Source: Perna viridis
Lineage: Eukaryota
NCBI GenBank assembly: GCA_037379345.1
Contig: CM074513.1
Span: 21,390,001-21,454,000 of the forward strand
Direction: 5' to 3'
Length of the DNA stretch: 64,000 nt
Part shown: piece after piece, positions 41,087-53,000 of the stretch
How the letters are laid out: every line of letters begins with the position of its first letter
Position numbering within the stretch: position 1 is the stretch's first letter
Made by a program: the position numbers and the translations under genes
Notes under the pieces: generated by a model
What the model saw: the letters and a program-made list of their open reading frames with translations, nothing else
The model's database searches: none
Told to the model about the DNA's origin: nothing

Positions 41087-41958
41087 AAATCTTCTTAAAA
41101 ATCAAACATTTATTTTGTATGATATGTTATATATCAGTATGTTATGTTTTGTATATGGGCTTTTTCAATTATTGGTAGAAGAACACGACTCATTTTTCAT
41201 CGCCCACTATCATTCCATTTATTTTGAAACACTGTTTTTACATATTTAATGCTTATGCGATATTATAAACAATTCTTCAATAACATTTTATAGAAAATGC
41301 TTAGAGTCGTAAGATTTTTATTCCATATTTGGTCTCTAGAGTGTGCAAAATAAAATATATCAACACTATATCAATGTACAATAAAAGAATTGCTGTCTGA
41401 ATGTCATAAAATATTGGTAAAGGTTCTAGATAGTCATTATGTTTACATCACAGACGCTGTATATCATCCTCACATACCATGTTTATCAATACAATATCTC
41501 AGAAAAATATAAAAGGGAAATGACAGAAGTAAAACAAACATATGCATAATATTTGTGGTGATGCCTTTGTCGGTTGACTAGTTCAAGTTTTAGTTTTAGT
41601 CAAAAACTGGGCGTATGGATTTACCCATGTGATTTACTTTCTTTAAAAGGGAATCAAATTTGGAATACTAAGTTTGTAAAGAAAACATACAGGTTAAGTA
41701 ATAACATAAAATATAACTCATGAACGTAGAATTATAAAACAAATTCGAATCAAGAATGAAACTTGACGCGAATTACAAACACCTTATTTTCTCATTGGTT
41801 GATTGACACATTTGTGGAAGCAAAACTTGATTTCATTGAAATGTCTAAACCTATCTAAACAGAACTCAATACGAATTGGTTTGGTTTAGGCAGATGGTCG
41901 ATTGATTGGTAAAGGTTCATGATACATTTAAATTGATATGACGGGGCTTTAAAAAATG

Positions 41959-42093
41959 TGGTTTTTGGATTATTCAAAGTTTAGACTGGTTTTCGGATTA
42001 TTCAAGGTTTAGACTGGTTTTTGGATTATTCAAAGTTAAGATTGGTGTTTGGATTATTCAAGGTTTAGACTGGTTTTCGGATTATTCAAGGTT
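41959..42093. repeat. 28-bp tandem repeat (~4.8 copies) in the subterminal region of a pogo-like MITE
   Basis: Unit tggttttcggattattcaaggtttagac. A single similar unit occurs at ~13020-13050. The element ends ...tttcactgta at 42116. Confidence 0.9.
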
Positions 42094-42920
42094 CGTTTTT
42101 GACACGTTTCACTGTAGTTCTGTTCTATTTAAACTTTTGTTTATAATGATATTTTTACACTTTATTTAAAACTTCATTTTATTAAATATTCATAATCAAT
42201 AAGACTTTTCACTGCAACCAAATTCAAATCAGGAACTTGAAAATGTGGCGAATGAAACAATTTGACTGAATCATAATCGACTGGTATAACTTAATATAAA
42301 ATTTAGATCAAAGTCTTTAAGCATGCACATTAATTAGAATGTTGAACATTTCGCCTTATCGAATGTCCAAACTTAACACACACTAAGCTTCTGAGTAAAC
42401 AAGCTTACGGTAATTGCTTTAAGATTTTCATGTTTTTAGTTACAAAGATATTAAATCTAGTACATTTTCATTATCTGTCTGTTTTTAGGTTACTTCTAAG
42501 TGGACCATATGGGTATAACATGGAGCGCATATATTCATTGGCGATACAAATTCATTTTTAAGCTTTTTATGGGGTAACTACGACCTACTTGGGCAATGAA
42601 AATTAAAAATTCTGGCTAGAACAGTGACTCCGTTTGTGGGGATGGCACATTCATAAAATTCATAATACTTCCTAGTGTGTCAGAGAAGCGTTATAAGTTT
42701 AAGTTTTTTCACACCCTCCCCCCTTTTATGTATAATTTTGGCAAAGAAAAGATATCCTGAAGCTTCACTTTTTCAGGAAAATCTCTGGAAATCCGTCCCC
42801 TCTTTCTTCAAATTCTCTTGGACTGTTTCTGAATATCAGAATACACCACAGAATGGCAATATACAGAGGCTAACGTTAAAAGAATGAGTGTTCCCTAAAC
42901 CGTTTTAAATTAATTTCAAG

Positions 42921-42950
42921 CTAGAAACTTGGTTCCCTTAATTACTCTTT
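42921..42950 (+). mobile_element. Naiad family A terminal stub
   Basis: ctagaaacttggttcccttaattactcttt. Confidence 0.6.
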
Positions 42951-43960
42951 TAAAATGTTGGTTGCCGTTAGATGTCCCTTGCGTTGCCTGGAACCATTCA
43001 AATTTGTTCTTTTTATTATTATCATGATTGAAAAAAAGGTCTTAAAGCTATTACAATATCAAGATCTATAACCTTTCGTAATTTTTTTTAATTAAAATGA
43101 TATTTGATATCTTGTTGTACGAAATAATTAAAGCATACAAGCAAGTATCATTTTACCTTTATTTATTTAAAGCATAAGGCAAAAATCGAAAAAAATTATC
43201 TTGGAAACACAGGAAGCCATGTTATATCTTATCTGATATCAAATGACAATATCCTCTGAGAGGAATCAAAAATCATTACCATCAATATCATTGTTTATAA
43301 TAACCCATTACCAGTATGTTTCCTCATAGAATGCTGGTGTCATTCTCGTGCCAATAACACAAAATATTTTAATATTGGATCCTATTGTTACAGGTCCGGC
43401 AGCAAACTCAAACGTCAATAAGAATTTCTCTATTTGAATTGAAATAGTGAATAATCGCCGTTAGGATTCTCAATAGTGGCGACTCTTGTAATAAACATTG
43501 GGGCTTTATCAGAATAAAACATTGATTCTAACATGATTCAATACAGTTGTTTTGTCAATGGATTCTTCACATATGCATATACGGCATAAAATATTTGATA
43601 ATTGCCGATAACTTCATCACATTAATTAATGTATTAATGCTATTATTCTCATGTTATTATTCTCATTGCAGATTCATCAAGGGTTTAAAATGAATCATCG
43701 TCAATTTATGTTCTGTTGAGAGCATAGAAGCATGAAGCCATGATTTTCATTTAATCAATGATGTAGATTCATCCTATGGAATAAAATTCATCGAGTATGA
43801 TAGGAAACGGCATCAAAGTTTATGTGCATTTAAAAGACTATTTACTTTTTTCAAATGCGACATAAACATTTCACTTCAAATATTTAAGACTGGTGATCGG
43901 GAGAATTAACTCAGCACGTTTTGTAACTACAACTTTCTCCAATGGATTTAGCCTTTGACA

Positions 43961-44045
43961 ATGTATATTGGAAATATAGTTCATAATTGCAAAATCTCTC
44001 ATGTGGGAATACTTTTATTTCTACGCTTTCTACAAGTTTTACAAG
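43961..44045 (+). CDS. Coding exon 1, signal peptide MYIGNIVHNCKISHVGILLFLRFLQVLQ(G)
   Basis: ATG at 43961, hydrophobic core GILLFLRFL, donor CAAG|gtaaga at 44046. Phase 1 matches the next exon. Possible upstream acceptor ttgcag at 43670-43671. Confidence 0.7.
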
Positions 44046-47000
44046 GTAAGAACACATGCCAAAACTTTATATTTTATAACCTTCGTGATGTCAGAACAAA
44101 CCGTTATAGTCGCATTAATGTGATGCCGTTAACAGGTTATGACATAGACCCTAATGAAAAAGTTACAAAATGCCAATTAGTACTCACAACCGAATAATTA
44201 TATGTACATATGTGTTCCAACTTTTAGATATTTTCTTTTCGACTCACTGCAAAATATTTCCATCTATTTAAACGTTAAAACTTATAATCATGTGTGAAAA
44301 TAGAGCAATTTTAAAACCATGGAGTGTCAAATATGTTCTAGACAATTATTTTAGTGCACGCATGATTATTCTGTTATTACTGTTACGCCAACTCCATTTG
44401 AACGTTCTTCGCGTTCAATTTTGTGAAGTTTAATGAGCAACTCGGCGGGTGTTTCTAGAAAAGCAGAGGACACCTTCCCTACCGGTGCACCTGGTCCATG
44501 CTCCCAGTTTATAGTGGAGTCCGAGTTGCTCATTTACTTTTGTTACTTTGTATGTATGATTTTAGTTACTTTATGTTCTTTGTTGTGTGTGTCTGTTTTC
44601 CATGTCTGGTCTTTGTCCCTGGATTACGTTCTTTTGATTACCGCTATAACCTTGGTTCCTTTGATTACTCTTTGATTACTGCTAGAACCTTGGTTCCCTT
44701 GATTACTCTTTAAAGACAATTCAACATCAAATGTATAAATTGAAAGTGAAATACCATCGTTCAAAGGATCTGTACTTTTCGAAACCTATAACCTGGAATT
44801 CGTCATCTGTCAATTTAAATCCCACTGCGACAATAGAAGAAAATTGAATGAATCATTTTCTAATCGACATATTGAATAAAATAATTTTCTAAGGTTAAGT
44901 GGGTGATGTTTTATGAAATGAATTATCTCCTTACTTTCTATTACATAAATACATTTTATTTGTTATTTCCCTATTACATTTACGAAATTATAGACGAAAG
45001 GCTTAAAGCTAGAATACTGCATAAAGTTTTAGAGAAAATATGTTCTCTTTTAACAGAAATAGTCAAAGACTGGTATATGTCGTATGTCAATAGGAATCCC
45101 TGTGCAACAGAAGTAGGAAATTGAATAGATCTTGATTCTATTTTGTCTGTTGTGATGACGTGAAACCATCCTGGAAGACTTAATTGTTGTTCACACTGCT
45201 CTAATTCAATTTCGTTAATGGTCCTTATCAGATAAATTAATTTCTTATGTTTTGCTATTGTTTAAATTTTATTGTTGAAATTCTCTAATTTGAACTTTGT
45301 TTTTTTTTAGTCAAATCATAATTTATATTGGATTTCTTTAAATCTTTAAAAGTCGGTATAAAATGAGTTTTGATGGTCTGAGTTACGTTTTGAAAAAAAT
45401 GATATTGTCGGGTCCGCCTCTAATAGTTCTGAATACAATAATGTGAAGAACCTGTAAATTGATGCTATTAGTCTGTTCCCTTCCTTCAGGATCAAGCAAA
45501 TAAAACTATCTTCACATTGCAGTGAACATGTTAAACTGAAATCTGTTATTTTCCCATTACAATTCCCAATGCGGCAATACCAGCAAAGTGAATGAATCAT
45601 TTTTTAATCAGCTGTGATTCATTTCCATGAAAGGTGTTGATGTAGAAAATACCCGGATGATTGACTAGAGATAGAGTCATTACACCTTACGTATTTTCCT
45701 TAGATAACACTAAATTACCATATAACTGTACCAACCTTTTTAAAATCAGACAGAGGGTAATTTGTGTATGTCACAACTCACATTATTTACGTTTATTTTC
45801 TATTTAGAATCTATTACAAACCACCTAACCAGTCCTAGTTTGTCCTTCGATTGTTGCACTTATAAAGATTGTACATGACATTGGAGCTCTGCAAGAGAAA
45901 TCTTTATTTCCTTTGATTATTTCTGTTGGAGTGAATGTATGTTTTTTTTTTTTTTTAAATAAAAAAGATCTGTAAAAGAAAACCTATAGTTATGTTAAAA
46001 TATGGTTTGATGGGTTTTCCTGCTTCATGAGTCACCTCTTCAATTGTCAGTACCTGACTTTGATATGCATTTGGACTTAAAAATTAACAATAAAACATTA
46101 AATCTATTTTTCCACAATAGTACGTGGACATATTATAGTTAAAGTATATTATAGTAAGTATACATCATATTTTACGCTTAAATATCTTGCCAAAACATCT
46201 ATGACTGTTTCAATAAAGTTTAAAATGCCTATTACTATACATACTTATGTGTCGTTTTTGTTATTTATGACGGTTACGATTGCTGGTTTTATTATGCTTT
46301 ACTTCACATTATTCCCTATGTTTTCATAAGTTTTCTATTCTCTAGGTGCGGCCATTAAGAGACAGCTGATCCCGTCCTTTATATCGACGCCAAGGGAATA
46401 TGTAGTATACACAGGTGACACTGCTGTGCTTAAATGTGTGGTCAGAAATTCGGGCACGAGATCGGTATGTATTACAGTGATGTGAATTTAAGATGGGAAC
46501 TACTTGATAGTATCATAAAACAAAAACAAAGCACCATGATATTTTTGTTCAAGTGCAAAACAAACCATAAAAAATGCAAAAAAACTTTCAAATTTCTGTT
46601 ATTTCTTTCAGAGTTGCTTTCAGAGTTACAGGGTTTTCTTGAATCACATAACAAAATAGTTAATGTCCCAGAAGTTCAAAAAAGAAAGATTGGTAAGATG
46701 TTGCCTTTCAGTACTCGCGTCTCTATTTTATTTCAAATCAAGACAAATTGTCTATAGGATTACTAAAGGCCGCTCTGCAACTTATCAAGTTACCACACTC
46801 TGCTCTTTCTTCGACTAATTTTGGTCTAGAGGGTAATTGATTTGACATAATTAGATCGGGAAACGTTTGCTGTTAAATGTCTGGAACATGCTTCTACGGC
46901 TTATTTCATTTGATGAACGCGTTTATTTTTCAGGCTAGATATTTATCAAAAAATATATTTTCAATCATTTTGTTTATAGAATGAGAACTAGATCACCTAG

Positions 47001-50000
47001 ACATTTCAACATTGAAATCTTCACTCTGATTTTAAGCTTAATAAAGTCCTAATTGGGTTATTTCCGATGTATCATTTTTTAAATTACGAATTATAAAATT
47101 TGAGTGCTTAGAGGTAAAAGAATAGATTTTTCCCCGTAATTGAACTTAAGGCCTGTTGTTAAGCAATTTTGACCTTTCACAATATTCAAGGTTGTTTGCT
47201 GTGAAAATCAAGACCATTTACGTTTCATACCGGAGCTATGCTATGTCTTTTTGGTATAAAAGTGATATCAGTCAAAGGCTCAAATATCCCAAGCATCGGC
47301 CACCGTCCAGCCCTTTTTCTCCTATTGTATAATTTAACATTTTTGTGTACCATGTTTCCGCTTTGAATGTATTGTAAATTGTTTGAGTAAGAGGGCTGAA
47401 CTTTAGTAATCGATTATTTTTACAACTATTTATACTGTAGGTGTCATGGCGAAAGGTATCTGAAGATTTCCCATTGACAATTGGAAGTATGATGTATGCC
47501 CAACGCAATGGAATGAGTGTAGATTTTCACGAAAAAGGACATATGACAAATAGTTCGTTAATAATAAAGCGTGCAAAACCTCACCATTCAGGGATTTACG
47601 AGTGTCAAATCAGTTCCACTGACGTTTATACATATCGTGTTCATTTGAACGTTCTTCGTAAGTATATTATGACAAATGAATACGATTAATACTTTATTAG
47701 TATGAAGCAAATTTTCTCCCATGCATGATAAAGCGCTAATAAGCGGTTAATTTTTAAACTTCAAATATCAAAACAGTTAATACTATTCACAACAAAAATA
47801 TTTTGAAATAAACTTTAAATTTGCGTGGCGTCTGATATCGTTGCTATTGGTTTTTCACTTTTTAGAAAAAATGAGTTTTATGCATCTATATCGTGTGAAC
47901 GCTCTCAGTTTTCCACGTTTATGATAGTTATTTTGTAGGTTTGTACATTTAATATAGTTTAACATCACACTTCAAATCAAAGCAGTCTTTAAGCTTTTAA
48001 ACATCAACCGGATATTTATATTTGAAATATAAATGACACCAAGAAACTAAACCTGCCAACTTGAAGTTTTAGTCATTGATCGCAGTTATAAATGCCTTGC
48101 TTTCAGATAATATTTGTAAATTCCAACCTAAACGTTAAGGTTTACATGATTTTGGATTACGAATATATATCAAAATTAAGCAGAAAATGGTACATTGTTA
48201 TACATGCTCTGAGGTGCCGTGCAATTGTTTTTGTCTGATGTATCATTGCACTATTAAAATACAAGATTTTTTGACATTGTAAAAAGATCGTGTACCAAAG
48301 TAAGCTTGTTCCATATATGATAAATACAATTTCAATTAATAAGCGCAGACACCTCTGAAAGGAAGATGCTGTTTACACTATAATTAGAAACTTTTGATTC
48401 TTTAGACTAATTTGTTGTAAGTGTGTTGTAACTTCTATATTTACTACTTAAATGACTATGCATTGCGTGAAAGATTCAACAGTCCATGGTTTTGTCTCGA
48501 AAGAAGCGATTAATAAAAAAGAAAACAATTTTCGTTTTAAATATGATCGATAAGATCCTTTGGATTTTTCTGTTTGTTCACTTTAGTAATTCATTCACTG
48601 GTGCAAGTATTTTTCGAAATCACAAATGTTTTTTTTTTTGCAAAATGTTTTGTCCTGCCTCGCTCGAAGAGCGTGATTTTCTTAATCATATAAAAATCGC
48701 TTCAAAAGTTATATAGCGTGTGTTCGTAATCGTTTTATCGTCAACTTAAAGCATTTTTGTAATACCAAAGGTCATTTTTTATCTTTGTTCTACATTTATG
48801 TTAAATTGAAAGTAAAATTTGACCATTTAAATTCGAATGTCGCCTAGTTATTTTTTGTCCTTGCTATATATTATTCAATAAATTAGTCTGTTTCTTTACT
48901 ACATCTTTCGTTTTTGCTGTTGACAGTGGTGTCGTTGCATTCAAAGTTCAAACAGATATCACCGTGTTAGACGATCAATAATTTATCGATCATTATTATT
49001 ATTTCATTTCTATTGGATCCCTTGATTACTTTTCCATTGCTAATTAATAATGTATTCTTTTTCGTTTTGTATTATTTGAATCGTGTATTGTAGACCAATC
49101 AACGTTAATGACGTCACTGTACAAGTTTGTAGAAATAACCTTTGAGAGTCGTCCAATAAGAATGCTTCTTCGCATATCAAATTGAATTCTAAAAATGTGC
49201 ATTCTTCTAAATACTCGACTTTACGACAAACCTGGAAAATTCTAAGAATCAAACCTGAAAAGTACTAATTACTTGAATCGGTCCATCGTCTTACAAACTT
49301 AAGAACAAATATATTATTTTTTGTTTTTGACGTGATGCTTTTGCAATATATTCTATCTGTCTTTTTCACACAAAAGAAAATGATTGAAGATTAATGTATA
49401 ATTGATTCCCTGGACACTTTATTTAATTATCTTTTCAGTTATATCTGTTTTTATCTTTTTTTCAGAACAAAAACGGGTTATAGAACCTTGTAAGTATTTT
49501 GAATTTTTAATGAAGTTTTGTCCTATATTCTTTTAAATTCTTTGCTCACAGTTTTCTATTTTTCTTTGTCTCATCTATAGATCGATAGGTTTAAAACAAA
49601 GGAAACCCAACAGTTTTGTTAAAATTCTAAACCAATGCGGTATTTCAACAATCAACTTTCTGAAGTGTGTTGCCTTCATCCTTTATTTGAAGGTCTTCTG
49701 TATGTTAAACGGCAGCAAGTTAAATAGAGTAAAAGAGGATGTGTCTCTTTTCAGCAATCACGCTTGATGGAACCCTATATCCAAGTCCAATGCAAAAACT
49801 GAACTTAACATGTAATGCCACCGGGGCTACCAGAGCCCCTGAGAAAATAGACTGGTTCCATAACGGTACTTTAATTGAGGAACGTAAATGGAACAATAGA
49901 GTTTTTATATCAAACTTTATTCCGGAAGATCCGGGTAATTCATTGATAAGCCAGTTGACTATAGAAGGCGTTAAAGCGTCCGATGCTGGAATTTATGTCT

Positions 50001-53000
50001 GCCGTAGCTTGACACCCAGTTTTAATTCAAATGTCAAAGCAACAAGTGTGATGGTCAATGTTCTCAATGGTAAGTAAATTAATTCATACAAACGTCAATA
50101 CGAATGGACTTAATTGCAACGTCCTGCACAAATGTCATTTCCGCTAACAATCCTAAATGATATCTGCCTTAAATCGTCGACGCTTCACCCATTAGCGCAC
50201 AAATACAAACGTCAGTACCGGAAAGACGTGCAATGTCATGTGCATATGCACAGATGTCATTCCCGCTAAAAAAATATCCTTAGTTACCCGTACCATGCAT
50301 TGTTGAAACGCTACTAATTTATGAGGATTTATTTTTCTGTTGTATGGTCCTTGGTGGATTTCAATTGGTTCTGAATGAAGGGTAAAAACAAAATAACCGA
50401 AATAATGAAATCTAGACAATAGTCAAAAATGAATAGTCAACTTGGTGTAGGCAAAACCTCCCGTTCATTTTCTGGTTCCTGTAAGCAGAGGAAAATGGGT
50501 GAAATTGGTATACATATAATTGCATATGTTGCAGAAATATCAATATTAATATATGCACGAGTGATGTGATAGCATTCATGGTTATTATACATAAATGTCA
50601 GTCGTTATTATAGTACCCTTTTCACGCCTAGAGACAGCAGTACTTAGCATGTTCTCTGAATGTTTAACTTTTACTTGAACTTTTTCTTTCACAACTTCAA
50701 TATCCGTGGTTTCTTCGTGTTTTGTTTTTTTTTTTCAATGTTTTAATTGTCATTCTAGCTTTCTTGTTTCCTATGTCCTTTTAAAAAACTTTTTGTGCAA
50801 CTTACTTTAAATTAAATGCTATGGTTTATCGAAAAAAATCCCACACAGATTTCTATTTCTGGCATATTATTAGCAAATTTTTAACCTTTGGAGTCTTTAT
50901 TTTGAGTTCTTAATGGGTAAAACACAACTATCTTTCCAACTAACCTTTATTAAATAAACTACTCCGTGTTTATTAGCCTCTCCGGTACATACTAAAATGG
51001 TTAACTCACTCTGTTTTTTTTACTGTATACGAGCACTAATTCGGATCAAAAAAGGTTAATGGAAGCTTCTCTTAGTCGTCTAATCGGTTATAGTAATTCT
51101 AAAACAGCTATTTACTCTCGATGGAGACGATGATGAGCCATTGAATGCGTCGGACATTATTTTGACTGATATATTTTTATTATCTCTGTTGAATTATTTT
51201 AACTATTATTAACTATTGCAAATATCTTTGAATTGACATTACAGCGATAAATACTGACACAAAATATTTCCTGATAGGACAAATGCACTTTAGTGTAACT
51301 TAAGGAGCTAGACCTAGGTTAATGGACATAAATTTAAAATCATTGGTACGTTGGTGTAAATTATTTTACTTAAATCTGATATAAACATCTAAGTTATTCG
51401 GATTTATTTTATTATGCTTCAAATGACTACTTGATAGGCTTTGATGAAACTGGGTATGTTGTATACATGTTACTGATTTCAAGAGTTATGTCCCTTATCA
51501 TAGGTCTACCTCCTTAGAATACTGAACAGTTTTATCATTACTTCGTTGTATATCTTGTTTTAATTTCAAGAGTTATGTCCCTTATCATAGGTCTACCTCC
51601 TTAGAATACTGAACAGTTTTATCATTACTTCGTTGTATATCTTGTTTTAATTTCAAGAGTTACGTCCCTTATCATAGGTCTACCTCCTTAGAATACTGAA
51701 TATTTTTATCATTACGTCGTTGTATATCTTGTTTTAATGAAAGTGAATTGAAGACAAACGTGTGGTTTAAGAAATAACTCCATTCTATCATTGTTTTACC
51801 ACGAGCTGGCCATTTATGCCGCAATGTTAAATTCCGATATAAATGGCGAGCCCGTGGTAAAACAATAATAAAATGGAGTTTCCGTGATTTATTTCGATTC
51901 TAATATGATTAACTTATTCATATTTTTGAATAGACGTAGCCTATGAGTTGCACATAATGTGGGTCATATGTTTCTCTTTTTTTCAATGATAGTAGTTATA
52001 AGACCCAAACTGCTACCATATTCTCCAAAGAAGACAATAGTGGAAAACCATAAATATGGGTTATCCTCTTTAGTATTTCTACCATGATGTAATCTTCCGT
52101 CTATGTACTGGATTTCTAAACTCCACAAAAATCCATACAAGCAACGCTACATAAATGGATCTGCTAAATGTACACACCAAACCTCTTTCAAAACTTTTAA
52201 CTTCTATACTCACGGCTGTCAAAGAGGGTTTCCAATCCTAAAACGACATTTGATACTCCCGTAGTGGTATTAATTCAATATGGATCCTGAAAGATCTTCC
52301 TCAATTCAAAATTAAAATCAGAATATAATAGCATTAAAACTTATGATTTTCAACTCTCCATTCTTCTACTCCCCATAGTCAGTTAAAATCCCGAATCAAT
52401 CGTTGTTACTAAAAATGGTACACCAAGATACAAATATGCAGTTCTTAGTAGCGATTCGTCATACTTTGAAAACAATATTTCAAAATCATCTTCAAAATAT
52501 ACCGAAGATGTTTTCAAAATGCTGGAATGTTATACATGTATTAGTCCAGTGTGATGGACGTGGTTTTTTTTAACAAATGGGAACACATTATCTTACCCGT
52601 GCACTTGATTCATTTTTCCAGTGTTTAGTGGAGTCCGATTTTACTTTTGATACTTTGTATGTGTTATTTTGGTTATTTAATGTTCTTTGTTGTGTATATC
52701 TGTTTTCCATGTCTTGTCTTTGTCCCTGGAATACAGTCTTTTAATTTCCGCCTGAATCTTGGTTCCCTTGATTACTCTTTTATGGCTGTGGTCTAAAGAG
52801 CTTATGAAACACTTCATATTAGAATATTAATTCAAATGTTTTATCTTTACTTGTTTCTTTAATTAGTGTTTATATATAAATATATTCCTTTTTACCTTTA
52901 CAGCAGAAAAGGACATAATAAAAAGAGAAGGTAAGTAACGGTAGGTTGCTTAAAATAAAAAAAATATATACTTACGTTGCATACTGTTATTTTGGTGCAA

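Noticed and set aside
41959-42093. 28-bp repeats of CRISPR-like length
   Set aside because: Contiguous tandem units with no spacers, inside a MITE.
44433-44533. SECIS element (begins with ATGA)
   Set aside because: ATGA is Watson-Crick paired with TCAT rather than forming the GA/GA quartet, and there is no AA loop at the required spacing.
868-44713. Recurrent hydrophobic ORFs (..YFCYFVCMILVTLCSLL.., ..GVRVAHLLLLLCMYDFSYF..) that look like a membrane-protein family
   Set aside because: All are alternative frames of the T-rich Naiad 3' UTR; they are not host genes.
46434-46757. 107-aa ORF next to the Ig exon
   Set aside because: Out of frame with the Ig exon and mostly intronic, with no domain motifs.
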